The notes beneath the pieces were generated by a model. The model saw only the letters and a program-made list of their open reading frames with translations. It ran no database searches and was not told the origin of the DNA. A stretch of 62,540 bases of DNA, filler included, from Chiloscyllium plagiosum (Eukaryota), in the NCBI RefSeq assembly GCF_004010195.1. It is 4 parts of one record of this genome, joined end to end, with 100 filler letters (N's around TTAATTAATTAA, not from the genome) between each part and the next. Parts side by side here need not be neighbours in the genome. Positions count along the whole stretch, not along the records: positions 1 to 18,275 come from NC_057717.1; 3 more parts are not named here. One strand, 5' to 3'. Positions 1 to 11,886 of this stretch are shown piece by piece (the first letter of the stretch is position 1; the number at the start of each line of letters is the position of its first letter). The position numbers and the translations under genes were made by a program.

Positions 1-386
1 ACCAGCTAGCCACAAAAAGACACGACTCTCTCTCCCTCGTAGCTCGACACACGGATGAAAAAAAAACACCATTTCTACTGGGACAACACATCTATCCTGG
101 GACAGGCAAAGCAAAGACATGCCAGTGAATTCCTAGAGGCCTGGCACTCCAACCACAACGCCATAAACAAACACATAGATCTAGATGCCATCTATCAATC
201 CCTCAGAAAACGAACAGGAAACAACATCACCACAAACCCCAGGAACCCCATCCAGGAGAAAGATATATATAGAAAGCAGGAGACAACAGCTTCGCTTCAC
301 TTGGAGGTCGCTACTGATGATGTTACCTAGCCAGGTTATGAAACGTCTGGATATCAAACCTACAGCTGACGAGCAAACCTACACCC
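1..386 (+). mobile_element. Penelope-like element 3' end (C-terminus of GIY-YIG endonuclease region plus pseudo-LTR)
   Basis: ORF 55-330 reads HHFYWDNTSILGQAKQRHASEFLEAWHS...AINKHIDL, matching the HxFxWxNxxIL...R(E)FLEAW pattern of the Penelope GIY-YIG C-terminus. It is followed by a hammerhead motif typical of PLE pLTRs. Confidence 0.8.
311..350 (+). ncRNA. Minimal type I hammerhead ribozyme motif (PLE-associated)
   Basis: CTA-CTGATGA(314-320)-T GTTACCT AGCC AGGTTAT (imperfect stem II)-GAAAC GTC(340-347)-TGG. Conserved CUGAUGA/GAAA core, GUC cleavage triplet and palindromic minimal stem III. Confidence 0.7.
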
Positions 387-1618
387 TTGATTGAGTTTTT
401 TGAAGAAGTAACATAGAAGATTGATGAGGCTAGAACAGTAGTTGTGATCTATATGGTCTTCAGTAAGGTGTTCGACCACTTTCCCCAAGGGAGACTGACT
501 AGCAAGGTTAGATCTCGTGGAATACAGGGAGAACTAGCCATTTGGATACAGAACTGGCTCAAAGATAGTGATGGAGGGTTGTTCTTCTGACTAGACGCCT
601 GTGACCAGTGGAGTACCACAAGGATCGGTGTTGGGCCCTCTAAACTTTGTCATTTACATAAATGATTTCAATGCGATTTTAAGAGGTACAGTTAGTAAGT
701 TTACAGATGACACCAAAATTGGAGGTGTAGTGGACAGAGAAGAGGGTTTCCTCAGATTACAACAGGCTCTGGACCAGAAGGCCAATGGGCTGAGAAGTGG
801 CAGATGGAATATAATTCAGATAAATGCGAGGTGCTGCATTTTGGGAAAGCAAATCTTAGCAGGATTTATACACTTAATAGTAAGGTCCTAGGGAGTGTTG
901 CTGAACAAAGAGACCTTGGAGTGCAGGTTCATAGCTCCTTGAAAGTGGAATCGCAGGTAGATAGGATAGTGAAGAAGGCGTTTGGTATGCTTTATTTTAT
1001 TGGTCAGAGTATTGAGTACAGGATTTGGGAGGTCATGTTGCGGATGTACAGGATATTGGTTAGGCCAATGTTGGGATATTGCGTGCAATTTTGGTCTCCT
1101 TCCTATCGGAAAGATGTTGCGAAACTCGAAAGGGCAGAGAAAGCTTTAGAAGGAGGTTGCCAGGGTTGGAGGATCTGAGCTGCAGACAGAGGCTGAACAG
1201 GCTGGGGCTGTTTTCCCTGGAGCGTCGGAGGCTGAGGGGTGACCTTATAGAGGTTTACAAAATTATGCGGGGCATGGATAGGATAAATAGACAAAGTCTT
1301 TTCCCTGGTGTTGGGGAGTCCAGAACTAGAGGACATAGGTTTAGGGTAAGAGGGGAAAGATATAAAAGAGTCATAAGGGGCAACTTCTTCACGCAGATGG
1401 TGGTTCGTGGATGGAATGAGCTGCCAGAGGATGTGGTGGAGGCTGGTACAATTGCAACATTTAAGAGGCATTTGGATGAGTATATGAATAGGAAGGGTTT
1501 GGAGGGATATGGGCCAGGTGCTGGCAGGTGGGACTAGATTGGGTTGGGAGATCTGGTCGGTATGGACGGGTTGGACCGAAGGGTCGGTTTCCATGCTGTA
1601 CATCTCTGTGACTGTATG
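387..1618 (+). mobile_element. CR1 (HER1-like) LINE, 5'-truncated, RT C-terminal half and 3' UTR
   Basis: Frameshifted ORFs contain SGVPQGSVLGP, FTDDTK, KCEVLHFG, YCVQFWSP and [15 protein letters not shown]. The 3' UTR ends GGACCGAAGGGTCGGTTTCCATGCTGTA. Confidence 0.95.
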
Positions 1619-2050
1619 GTGCAATCCGGAGACTGTGGCCGGTGTGGCCTGGAAACTTGGCCAGCTGCGGTCTGGAGACTGGGCCTGGTTTGACCTGGAT
1701 TTGCCAAGTGCAAATGAAAACTGTGACTGGTCTGATCTGGAGATTGGGCCCAGTACGATCAGCAGACTGAGCCTGGTACGGCCTGATGTGGCCAGAAGAT
1801 TGGGGCCAGTGTCGTCTGGAGACTGGGACCGGTATTGTCTGGAGACTCGTTGCTGGCACAGACGCGGGTATAAGGGACTTTCCTCCGTATTCTTCTGTTG
1901 GACTTGCATTTATTATTCTGTTAATTTTGCACCAAATACATTCGAATCCATACCTTGGTATCTTGATCCTAAGATGGCGCCACAAGCAATGACATTGCAA
2001 ACGTTTCACTGCATTCATTATAATGCACGTGACAATGAAGCCAGCAAATC
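1619..2050 (+). repeat. Unclassified interspersed repeat, probable LINE/SINE 3' fragment
   Basis: Internally repetitive GGAGACTGGG-like segments followed by a ...TTTCACTGCA...CACGTGACAATGAA end resembling fish non-LTR 3' tails. The family is not recognised. Confidence 0.35.
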
Positions 2051-2295
2051 CCAATGTGACAGAATCACTGCCTTTGATGTATTTTCCAAACAAAGCTCTT
2101 CCTTCTGCAGTGGCATGGGGTGGCCTGCAGTTTGTGATATTGCAACACTTTAAACACAAGAGTGCGAATCTAATGGGGAGAGAATGAAAGAGTGAGGAGG
2201 AGCATTTTTATCAACATTTCAATGGTTTCTCTCCCAAAACAATAGAAACCATATGATCAGAATTGTAGATACAGAGATACATACAATAATACAGT

Positions 2296-3618
2296 AAAAC
2301 TCTTACTACAGTTGTGGGCAAATTGTTGGAAAGGGTTATAAAAGAGAGCATTTATAATCATCTCGAAAGGAACAAGTTGAGTAAATATAGTCAAAACGGT
2401 TTTGTGAACGGTAGGTCGTGCGTCACAAACCTTATTGATTTCTTTGAGATGGTAATCAAAGAGGTAGATTAGGGTAAAGTGGTGTTTATGGATTTCAGTA
2501 AGGCGTTTGATACGTTTCCCCACGGTAGGCTATTGCACAACATACTGAGGTATGGGATTGATGGTGATTTAGCGGCTTGGATCAGAAATTGGCTAACTGA
2601 AAAAAAAACAGAGGTTGATGGTTGATGGGATATATTCATCCTGGAGTTCAGTTACTGTTGGTGAACTGCAACGATCTGTTTTGGGTTCATTGCTCTTTGA
2701 AATTTTCATGAATGACCTGGATGAGGGCATACAAGGACGGGTTGGTAAATTTACAGACGACATCAGACCGATCGAGTTCTGGATGGGGCTGAAGGATGTT
2801 GGATGTTTCAGAAGGACATAGATAAGCTGCAGAGCTGTGCCGAGAGGTGGCGAATGTGGAAAAGTATGACGTGATTCATTTTGGAAGCAACAACAGAAAT
2901 GAAGTGTACTTGGATAATGGAAGGATTCTTGGTAATCCAGTTGAACAGAGAGATCTGGGAGTCCAGGGAAATAGATCCCTTAAAGTTGCCACCCAGGTTG
3001 ATAGAGTTCTTAAGCAGACATTCGGTATGTTGAGTTTTATTAGTACAGAGATGGAGTTTCGGAACCACAAGGTCATGCTGCATCTGTAAAACACTCTGGT
3101 GTGGCTGCACTTGGAGTATTGCATAAGTTCTGGTCACCACATTAAAGCAAGTATGTGAAAGCTTTGGAAAGCATTCAGAGGAAATTTACTGGTATGGAGG
3201 GAAAGTGTTACGAGGAAAGACTGAGGAACTTGTGACTGTTTTCGTTGCAAAGTAGGTTGAGAGGTGAATTAATTGAAACATATAAGAAAATCAAAGGGCT
3301 ACATAGGTCGGACAGTGAGAGCCATATTCCTCGAATTGTGATGGCGAGCTCCAGGGGATATAATTTAAATTTAGGGGTGACAGATATCGGTCAGATATCA
3401 GAGGTAGTTTCTTGACTCAGAGAGTAGTAAGTGTGTGGAGCGCCCTGCCTGCAACAGTAGCAGACTCGCCAATTTTAAGGACATTTAAATGGTCATTGGG
3501 TAGACACATGGTTGGAAATGGAATTGTGTAGGTTAGGTGGGCTTCAGATTGTTTTCACACGGCGCTGCAACATCGACAGCCGAAGGGCCTGTACTGCGCT
3601 GTTAAGTTCTTGTTTTAT
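2296..3618 (+). mobile_element. CR1 LINE, decayed 3' portion
   Basis: Degenerate RT motifs (MDFSKAFD, SVLGSLLF, KFTDD) and a CR1 3' UTR ending GCCGAAGGGCCTGTACTGCGCTG. Confidence 0.9.
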
Positions 3619-3699
3619 CACACATGGAGACACAGGCGAAAACTTCACGTCTACCCAGTCCCCGACACACACACTCAACCATAAACAAAAATGTATATG

Positions 3700-5759
3700 C
3701 AGCCATTTGGCCCCTCATGCCTGATGGTTATGGGAAATAATGCAGGACAAGTGACTGAGCTGGTAGACTGCGAGTACTTTCGGACCAGTGACTGTGACTC
3801 ACTTAATTTGAGAATACTTCGACAGAAGAACAGGCCTGGTGCACAAATTAACGTTAGAAATTGGCCAAGGCCAATTGTTATAGCATTAGGCAGTGTTATT
3901 TTTTCTAGAAATGACTGAGAGGAGACTGCAGATTGAGCGATGTCTGGCAAATGGAAGTCTTTCAAAAACGAGATAGTGAGAGTTCAGGGGCACGTTGTTC
4001 CTGTTAGCGTGAAGTGCAATGCCAGCCGGAGTAGGGCCAAGGCATGACAGGGGATATTGAGGCTCTGGTTAAGAAAAAACGAATGAGGTTTACATCATGT
4101 ATAGGCATCTGGGATCAAATGAATCCGTTGAGCGTACGTGGTGTTGGAGAACACTTACAAGAGAAATCAGGAGGGCAAAAGGGGAGCACAAGATAGTTTT
4201 AGCTGATTAGGCTAAAGAGATTGGAAAGAGATTTTACAAGAATATTAAGAGAAAAGGAGAAAGTAGGGACAGAATAGGGCTCTTAAAAATCAGTCAGCCA
4301 TCTCGGTGTGGTTCCACAGTAGATTAATTAGGTTTATTAGATTTATTTTCACGTGTACTCACATGAGGGCAGTGCAAAATTTACTAGTCGCCACATGTGA
4401 CACAATCTTATCTACAAAGTTCCCCTCCCCCCAAGGTACAGGCTCTTGGTTAAAAGCAGAAAAATAAAGAAAACAAAGTTTGAACATAAAATATTGCAGC
4501 CCTTCTTATCATGCTGGAAAAACACAGAAACACAGTCAACAGTTCAACAACAGCGTCCTTATGAAACTGTCCATGCTGGGTTCACACTCCTCACAAGGAT
4601 TCGGCCACCCAGCCTCCCAACTCAGCTCTCTTACAGCCTGTTCCTGCTCGATGGGTGAGATCTTGTGCAAATATATTGCGTCATATTTACTGTGGATAAA
4701 GACATGGAAGCGAGGGCACTCGGAAATTAAAAAGACGTGACTTTAGAAACGAGGCCATATTAGAGGGGAGGAAGTGCTTGAGGTCTTAAAATGCACAAGC
4801 GTAGATAAATAACCAGGACCTGTTCAATGTATCCCAGATTATTGCAGGAATCTGGGGAAATAACTGAGGGGCTGCTTGCTGAGATATTTGCATCATTCCT
4901 TAGAGTTATGAGGAAAGATTACTGGATCCGGAATGTTAACATTGATTTCTCTGCATAGATGCTGCCAGGCCTGTTGTGCTTTCCTAATACCTTCTGGTTG
5001 GTGTTCCTGATTTACAGCATCCTCAGTTCTTTAACATTTTATTCGTATGATTGCCGGCCATGTGGGAGGCACTGGAGGACTGGAAGACAGCTAATATTGT
5101 GATATTATTTTAAAGAAAAGTCTGATTAGGAAAGCCAGGGAATTGCATACTAGTGAGTCTGATGTCAGGTGTGATTGAATGTTCGGAAGAAATTCTGAGA
5201 GACAGGATTTGCATGTATTTTGAAAGGCAAGGACGGATCTTGGATTGTCAGCACGGCTTTCTGTGTGAGAAATTGTGTCTCGCAAACTTGAGTGAAATGT
5301 TTCAAGTGGTGACCTGGAAGTCATATGAAGGTAAAGCAGCATACGTAGTAGACGTGGACAATAATGAGGCCCAATAGGGTTCCATATGATAGCCCAGTTA
5401 ATAAGGTTAGATTGCAGCGAGAGCAAGACAATAAGATTCAAAATTTGCTTGACCATATAGGACAGAGACTTGTGACCAGCCGTGTGCCACAAGGATCAGT
5501 GCTGGGTCCATTGTTGTTTGTTATTTTTATAAATGTTTTGAATGAGATATATGAAATAAGTTCGTAAACTATGTCAAAAGTGCTGGTATAATGGACAATG
5601 AAGATGGTTACTTAAAAGGAAAATGAGATCATGATCAACTGGGCCAGATGGATCTTCATCCAGATAAATATGAGGTGTGCATTCCGTCAGACAAACCAGT
5701 GTCGGATTTACACATTAGTGGTAGCGCCTAGGGGAGTGTTGTCATTCATAGAGACGCAG
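3700..5759 (+). mobile_element. Old CR1 LINE ORF2 fragments with nested small insertions
   Basis: NVRNWPRP/EN-RT linker remnants, QHGFLCEKLCLANL and VPQGSVLGPLLFVIFIN. Interrupted around 4325-4630 and by a PLE-like piece at ~4905-5040. Confidence 0.8.
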
Positions 5760-6259
5760 NNNNNNNNNNNNNNNNNNNNNNNNNNNNNNNNNNNNNNNNN
5801 NNNNNNNNNNNNNNNNNNNNNNNNNNNNNNNNNNNNNNNNNNNNNNNNNNNNNNNNNNNNNNNNNNNNNNNNNNNNNNNNNNNNNNNNNNNNNNNNNNNN
5901 NNNNNNNNNNNNNNNNNNNNNNNNNNNNNNNNNNNNNNNNNNNNNNNNNNNNNNNNNNNNNNNNNNNNNNNNNNNNNNNNNNNNNNNNNNNNNNNNNNNN
6001 NNNNNNNNNNNNNNNNNNNNNNNNNNNNNNNNNNNNNNNNNNNNNNNNNNNNNNNNNNNNNNNNNNNNNNNNNNNNNNNNNNNNNNNNNNNNNNNNNNNN
6101 NNNNNNNNNNNNNNNNNNNNNNNNNNNNNNNNNNNNNNNNNNNNNNNNNNNNNNNNNNNNNNNNNNNNNNNNNNNNNNNNNNNNNNNNNNNNNNNNNNNN
6201 NNNNNNNNNNNNNNNNNNNNNNNNNNNNNNNNNNNNNNNNNNNNNNNNNNNNNNNNNNN
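5760..6259. other. Assembly gap (500 N)
   Basis: Run of N. Confidence 1.
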
Positions 6260-9110
6260 ATTGGCCTTTCTCCAATTTAGGACTTCAACTTTTAGATCTG
6301 GTCTATCCTTTTCCATCACTACTTTAAAACGAATAGAATTATGGTTGCTGGCCCCAATGTGCTCCCCCACTGACACCTCAGTCACCCGCCCTTTCTTATT
6401 TCCCAAGAGTAGGTCAAGTTTTACACATTCTCTAGTCGGTACATCTACATACTGAATCAGAAAATTGTCTTGTACACACTTAAGACATTCCTCTCCATCT
6501 AAACCTTTTACACTATGGCAATCCCAGTCTGTGCTTGGAAAGTTAAAATCCCCTACCATAACTACCCTATTATTTTTACAGATAGCTGAGATCTCCTTAA
6601 AGTTTGTTTCTCAATTTCCCTCTAACGATTGGAGGTGGCGGGATCTATAATACAATCCCAATAAGGTGATCATCCCGTTCTTATTTCTCAGTTCAACCGA
6701 AATAACTTCCCTGGATGTATTTCCGGGAATATCCTCCCTCAGCACAGCTCTAATGCTATCCCTTATCAAAAATGCAACTCCCCCTCGTCTCTTGCCTCCC
6801 TTTCTATCCTTCCTGTAGCATTTGTGCCCGGGAACATTAAGCTGCCAGTCCTGCCCATCCTTGAGCCATGTTTCCGTAATTGCTGTGATCTCCCAGTCCC
6901 ATGTTCCTAACCATGCCCTGAGTTCATCTGCCTTCCCTGTGAGGCCTCTTGCATTGAAATAAATGCAGTTTAATTTATTCGTCGTACCTTGTCCCTGCCT
7001 GCCCTGACTATTTTACTCACTTCTGTTCTCAGCTGTACCCGTCTCAGATTAATCTCTTTCCTCACTATCTCCCTGAGTCCCACCCTCCCACCTTACTTGT
7101 TTAAATCCTCCCAAACAGTTCTAGCAAATTTCCTTGCCAGTATATTAGTCCCCTTCCAATTTAGGTGCAATCCGTCCTTCTTGTACAGATCACTTCTACC
7201 CCAAAAGTGATTCCACTGATCCAAAAATGTGAATCCTTCTCCCATGCATCAGCTCCTTAGCCATGCATGCATCAGCTCTATCCTCCTATTCCTGCCCTCA
7301 CTAGTTCGTCGTACTGGGAGTAATCAGATATTACTACTCTTGAGGACCTCCTTTTCAAATTTCTGCCTAACTTCCTGAAATCTCCCTTCAGAGTCTCAAC
7401 CTTTTTCCTTCCAGTGTCGTTGGTTCCAGTGTGGACAATGACCTCCTGCTGGCCCCTCTCCCCCGTGAGAACATTCTGCACCCTCTCTGAGATATCCTTG
7501 ATCCTGGCACCAGGGAAACAACACACCATTCTGCTTTTTCTCTGCTGGCCACAGAAATGTCTGTCTGTACCTCTGACTACAGAATCCCCTAACACAATTG
7601 ATCTCTTGGAAACCGACATACCCCTCGTTGCACTACAACCAGTCTCTATACCAGAATACTGGCTGTTCGTGATACGTTCCCCTGAGCATCCATCACCCCC
7701 GACATTTTCCAAAACAGCATACCTGTTTGAAATGGGTATATCCACAAAAGACTCCTGCCCTAGGTGCCGACCTCTCTCACCCTTCCTGGAGTTAACCCAT
7801 CTGTATGACTGTATCTGAGACTTTCCACCCTTCCTATAACTGCCATCCATCACACACTGTTGCTGTTGCAAATTCCTCATCGCTTCTATCTATCTCTCCA
7901 ACCGATCCACTGTATCTGATAATATTCGCATCCAGCAGCATTTATGGCAGATATATCTGCAGTAAACCTTAAACTCTCTTTAAACTCCCACATCTGACAA
8001 GAAGTACATATCATAGCAAAGGCCATTCTTGCTCCTTCACAATCTGCAGACACAGAAAAATAACACCGTCTTATTCCTCTACAAACATTGCCCCAGGATA
8101 AATTAACAGCTATGGCTTATATTTTAAGTTTAATCAAGAAACTTAGCTCCAAAAACATGTAATCAGGAAAGAATCCACTGTACTCACGACTGCAGCCTTT
8201 GTCTTGGACAGACTTAAAACAACAACTAACTCATCTGATTCTGTGCTGTGAACTTCGCCTAAGAGCTCCTCCAAGATTAGTTGTGAATTTCTCTATTTGT
8301 TAATTTTTCCAGGGGCACTCCGATGTCCAGCGATGCACGAATTCAAACAGCAAAGGCGGTAACTGTGCAGGTTCTCTCTCTCTCTCCTTCTATCTATCTC
8401 TCCAACCGATCCACTGTATCTGATAATATTCGCATCCAGCAGCATTTATGGCAGATATATCTGCAGTAACCCTTAAACTCTCTTTAAACTCCCACATCTG
8501 ACAAGAAGTACATATCACAGCAAAGGCCATTCTTGCTCCTTCACAATCTGCAGACACAGAAACATAACATCGTCTTATTCCTCTACAAACATTGCCCCAG
8601 GATAAATTAACAGCTATGGCTTATATTTTAAGTTTAATCAAGAAACTTAGCTCCAAAAACATGTAATCAGGAAAGAAACCACTGTTCTCACTACTGCAGC
8701 CTTTGTCTTGGACAGACTTAAAACAACAACTAACTCATCTGATTCTGTGCTGTGAACTTCGCCTAAGAGCTCCTCCAAGATTAGTTATGAATTTCTCTAT
8801 TTGTTAATTTTTCCAGGGGCACTCCGATGTCCAGTGATGCACGAATTCAAACAGCAAAGGTGGTAACTGTGCAGGTTCTCTCTCTCTCTCTCACCATGTG
8901 CTTCCTTTGTCTGCTCTTCTCCCTTTCAATCTGCTGTTGTTTTGATTTTTTTTTTCCAAAGTACCAAAACAATGCAACCATATAAAACAGTAATCGCTGC
9001 TCCTGGAATTCGAGGAAATCGCCTCCAACACCTAACATACCTCAAAAAAGGTGCAGCTCTTACAGCCAGAAAGTTTTCCCGTCCTCCATCTTGGATTACC
9101 CAGAATTTTT
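6260..9110 (-). mobile_element. CR1 LINE 5' half: 5' UTR, ORF1 (Zn finger plus SGNH esterase) and ORF2 APE endonuclease
   Basis: Minus ORF 7278-7880 has the esterase blocks GDSVVRG, CFPGA and VHTGTND. ORF 5708-6559 begins VGDFNFP...LDLLLGN...SNHN (APE motifs). A CxxC ORF1 N-terminus lies near 7900-8010. Confidence 0.93.
7883..8892. repeat. Tandem direct duplication (~504-bp unit) inside the CR1 5' region
   Basis: CTTCTATCTATCTCTCCAACCGATCC starts at 7883 and again at 8387. The copies are near-identical and both end in a (TC)n tract. Confidence 0.95.
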
Positions 9111-9609
9111 CTCGGCCCAGACGAAAGACCCGACTGGATTTCAGAACTCGTGGTCTTCCACCTTCACACCTTATTTGCATTCTGGCTCTCTCATTCTACA
9201 TTCCCCTAGGACTTTTTCAATTAAAAAAATTAGAGAAAAAAATGTTTCAGAAAACAGAATATAAAAGAAAATCAGAAAAAAAGAACGGACAGCGCAGATG
9301 AGTTTCGCCAGAATAATTCCGTCACTGCCTCCATCTTTTGGACATTACACGCTGTTTCGTTCTTCAAAGAATGACTTTGGAGACTCAGAGCAGTGTTGTC
9401 CGGTTCCTTGCAAAGCTGTCCCCGAGAACAGAAGGATATAAATATGCTCATTGCTGATTCAAATGCTGCCATTGGGTTTGTTTCAGGATTTTACTGTCCA
9501 ATCTCACTATAATTTGGATAAGTACATCAAAAAACATTGAACGTTAGAGAAAGTACAATAAAATTCATCTCAAACACTTGTAACAGATTCACTCAGAGTG
9601 GCCTGAAAA

Positions 9610-9855
9610 CAATTGTATTGCTGTGGTCTGCATAGAGCCCGATGCTGGACAGTTATCTAGTCCCGCTTTATAGATCAATACACTGCTGTGGTACGCACAG
9701 CTCCCGGTGCTGGATAGAAATCTGGTCCAGTTTTACAGATCAGTGCCCTGCTGGAGTCTGCAGACCTCCCTGTGCTGAACAGATATCTTGTCCGGTTCTA
9801 TTGATCAGTCCCCCTGCTCTGTTCTGCAGAAATCCCTGTTCTGGACAGATAGCTT
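9610..9855. repeat. Degenerate ~65-bp tandem repeat (about 4 units)
   Basis: On the minus strand, ATNTCTGTCCAGCAC(A/C)GGGA...TGCAGACCACAGCAG...TGATCTATAAA recurs roughly every 65 bp. Confidence 0.65.
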
Positions 9856-10689
9856 TGACGGCGTGGGCTCATGTCCATGCCAGCTGTCCCGTTTGTATCT
9901 CTCTTCCATCGTCCTGAAATTTCAATTTCATTTTTTGATAGGATCAGATTTTGTGTTGCTTCGTCTGTAACGGGAATAAACAGGGCCTCTTGCCAATGCT
10001 CCATTCAGTGGAGGATTCAGTACTCTCTCTGTCTTTCGTATTTAGGATTCCAAATGGCTGAGTAATGGATACTGTGGCATTCTAGATTCCTGGATGGTGA
10101 AGTTAGGAGGGGTTGGTTGGGAATCTGGATTACTTTGTCGAAGGATTTGTTCAGGTTTCTCTGTTTTTTGGTGCACTTGATTTTCTCGCAAACAGCCTTT
10201 AATTGGGTTGTCAGCTCTGTATTTCCCCCATTTTGACTACACCGTTCTAGTCTTTTGTTTGTTCGCCTCCTTCCGGCTCCAGCTCTATAACAGCCATAAA
10301 TTTACTTACTAGTCATCTTCTTCAGACTCACTGGACGTGGGACCAGATTGTTCGCCCACTTCCCAGGATTTTCGCCTTGTCCTCGTCTTAGCTTGTCCCA
10401 GAGATGGTAAAGTGTGGAATACTCGTACATGGTAAGGACGAAGAATTTTCATTATGAGACCTTCATGCTTTAACGCCAATGTTCTTTTTTTATCATTTTA
10501 AGTTCTTCACAAAAGCTTTCCATTGTTCTTTTAGATGATTAATTTCCCGATCATGATTAAAGTTGGCTATGAATTCTTGTCGCTGTCTAATGTGCTGCAT
10601 TAAACAAATAGACCAGCGAATTCATTTTTTTGGCAGGTGGATTCACCCCAAATAAAGTTAATAACTTTCATAACCTGTCATAGCCAGTA

Positions 10690-11886
10690 CAAAAGAAGAT
10701 GGTTGTGATTGTGGAGCGTCAGACATCTCAGCTCCAGGAAGCCTCTGCAGGAGTCCCTCAGGGTAATGACAGAGGCCTAACAATCTTCAATTGCTTCATC
10801 AATGACCTTCGCTCTATCATAAAGTCAGAACTGGGGACGTTCGCTAATGAATTCAGAGTTGTTAACACCATTCGCGACTCGTCAGATACTGAAGCAGTCA
10901 GTGCTCAAACGCAACACGATCTGGAAATATTTCATCTCGTATTGACAACTTGAAGGTAACATTTGCGCTACACATGTGCTAGACAATGACCATCAGCAGG
11001 AACGGATACTTTCACCATGCCCCTTGACGTTAGGTGAATTGGCCATGCTAAATTGCCCATAGTGTTAGGCGAAGGGGTAAATGTCTGGGTGGGTTGCATT
11101 TCGGCGGGTGGGTGTGGACTTGTTTGGTCAAAGGGCTTGTTTCCACACTGTGAGTAATCTAATCTAATCTAATCTAATCTAATCTAATTCAACGGTATTA
11201 CCAAAACTGAATTCCCAACTGTTAACATGCTTGGGGTTACAATTGACCAGAAACATAACTGGAATCACAACGTAAAGACACTGGCTACAAGAGCAAGTCA
11301 GATACTAGGGATACTGCGGCGAGTAACTCACCTCCCGACATCCCAAAGTCTATCCACCATCTACAAGACACAAGACAGGAGTGTGATGGAATACTCCCCA
11401 ATTGCCTGGATCCATGCAACTCCAAAAACACTCAAGAGGCTTGACACTATCCTACACAAAGCTAACCAGATGATTGGCACCACATCAACAAACATGCAAT
11501 CTCTTTACTACTGGCGCTCAGTAGCAGTTACTATCTACAAGATGCATTGCAGAAAATCACTAAACATCCTTCGAATGCACCTCCCAAACCCACGACCACT
11601 TCCATCTCGAAGGGCAAGGGCAGCAGGTAAATGAGGGCAACACTATTTGTAAATTCCCTCCAAGGAATTCAACACCTTGAATTGGAAATATATCGCCCCT
11701 CCTTCACAGTCGTTGGGACAAAATCCTGGAATTCCCTAGCAACCGGCATTGTGGGTCAAACGACAGCAAGTAGACTATAGAGATTCAAGACGACAGACCA
11801 CCACCAACTTCTCAAGTTCGAATACATCGGGCGATCAATGCTGGCCAGACGGCGACGCCCAGGTCCTGTAAATGAATAATAATAAT
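10690..11886 (+). mobile_element. L2/CR1-group LINE, 5'-truncated
   Basis: ORFs 10699-10953 (SAGVPQG, FNCFINDL, FANE) and 11227-11634 (LGVTID...IYKTQDRSVMEYS). The 3' end is AAATGAATAATAATAAT. Confidence 0.88.
11026..11187 (+). mobile_element. HE1-type SINE 3' fragment nested in the L2 element
   Basis: GGTGAATTGGCCATGCTAAATTGCCC...GTTTCCACACTG followed by an (AATCT)n tail, matching the full SINE copies in this window. Confidence 0.9.

Noticed and set aside
1103..2159. Long overlapping ORFs (268, 232 and 214 aa)
   Set aside because: They span a CR1 3' end and an unrelated repeat on both strands with no recognisable domain, so they are chance read-through.
5631..6559. Long ORFs across the first gap (likewise 27081-27637 and 57592-58858)
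   Set aside because: Their length comes from N runs translated as X.
10480..10640. A7 runs resembling negative-strand RNA virus gene-end signals
   Set aside because: No consistent gene-end/gene-start consensus, and they fall inside an apparent reading frame.
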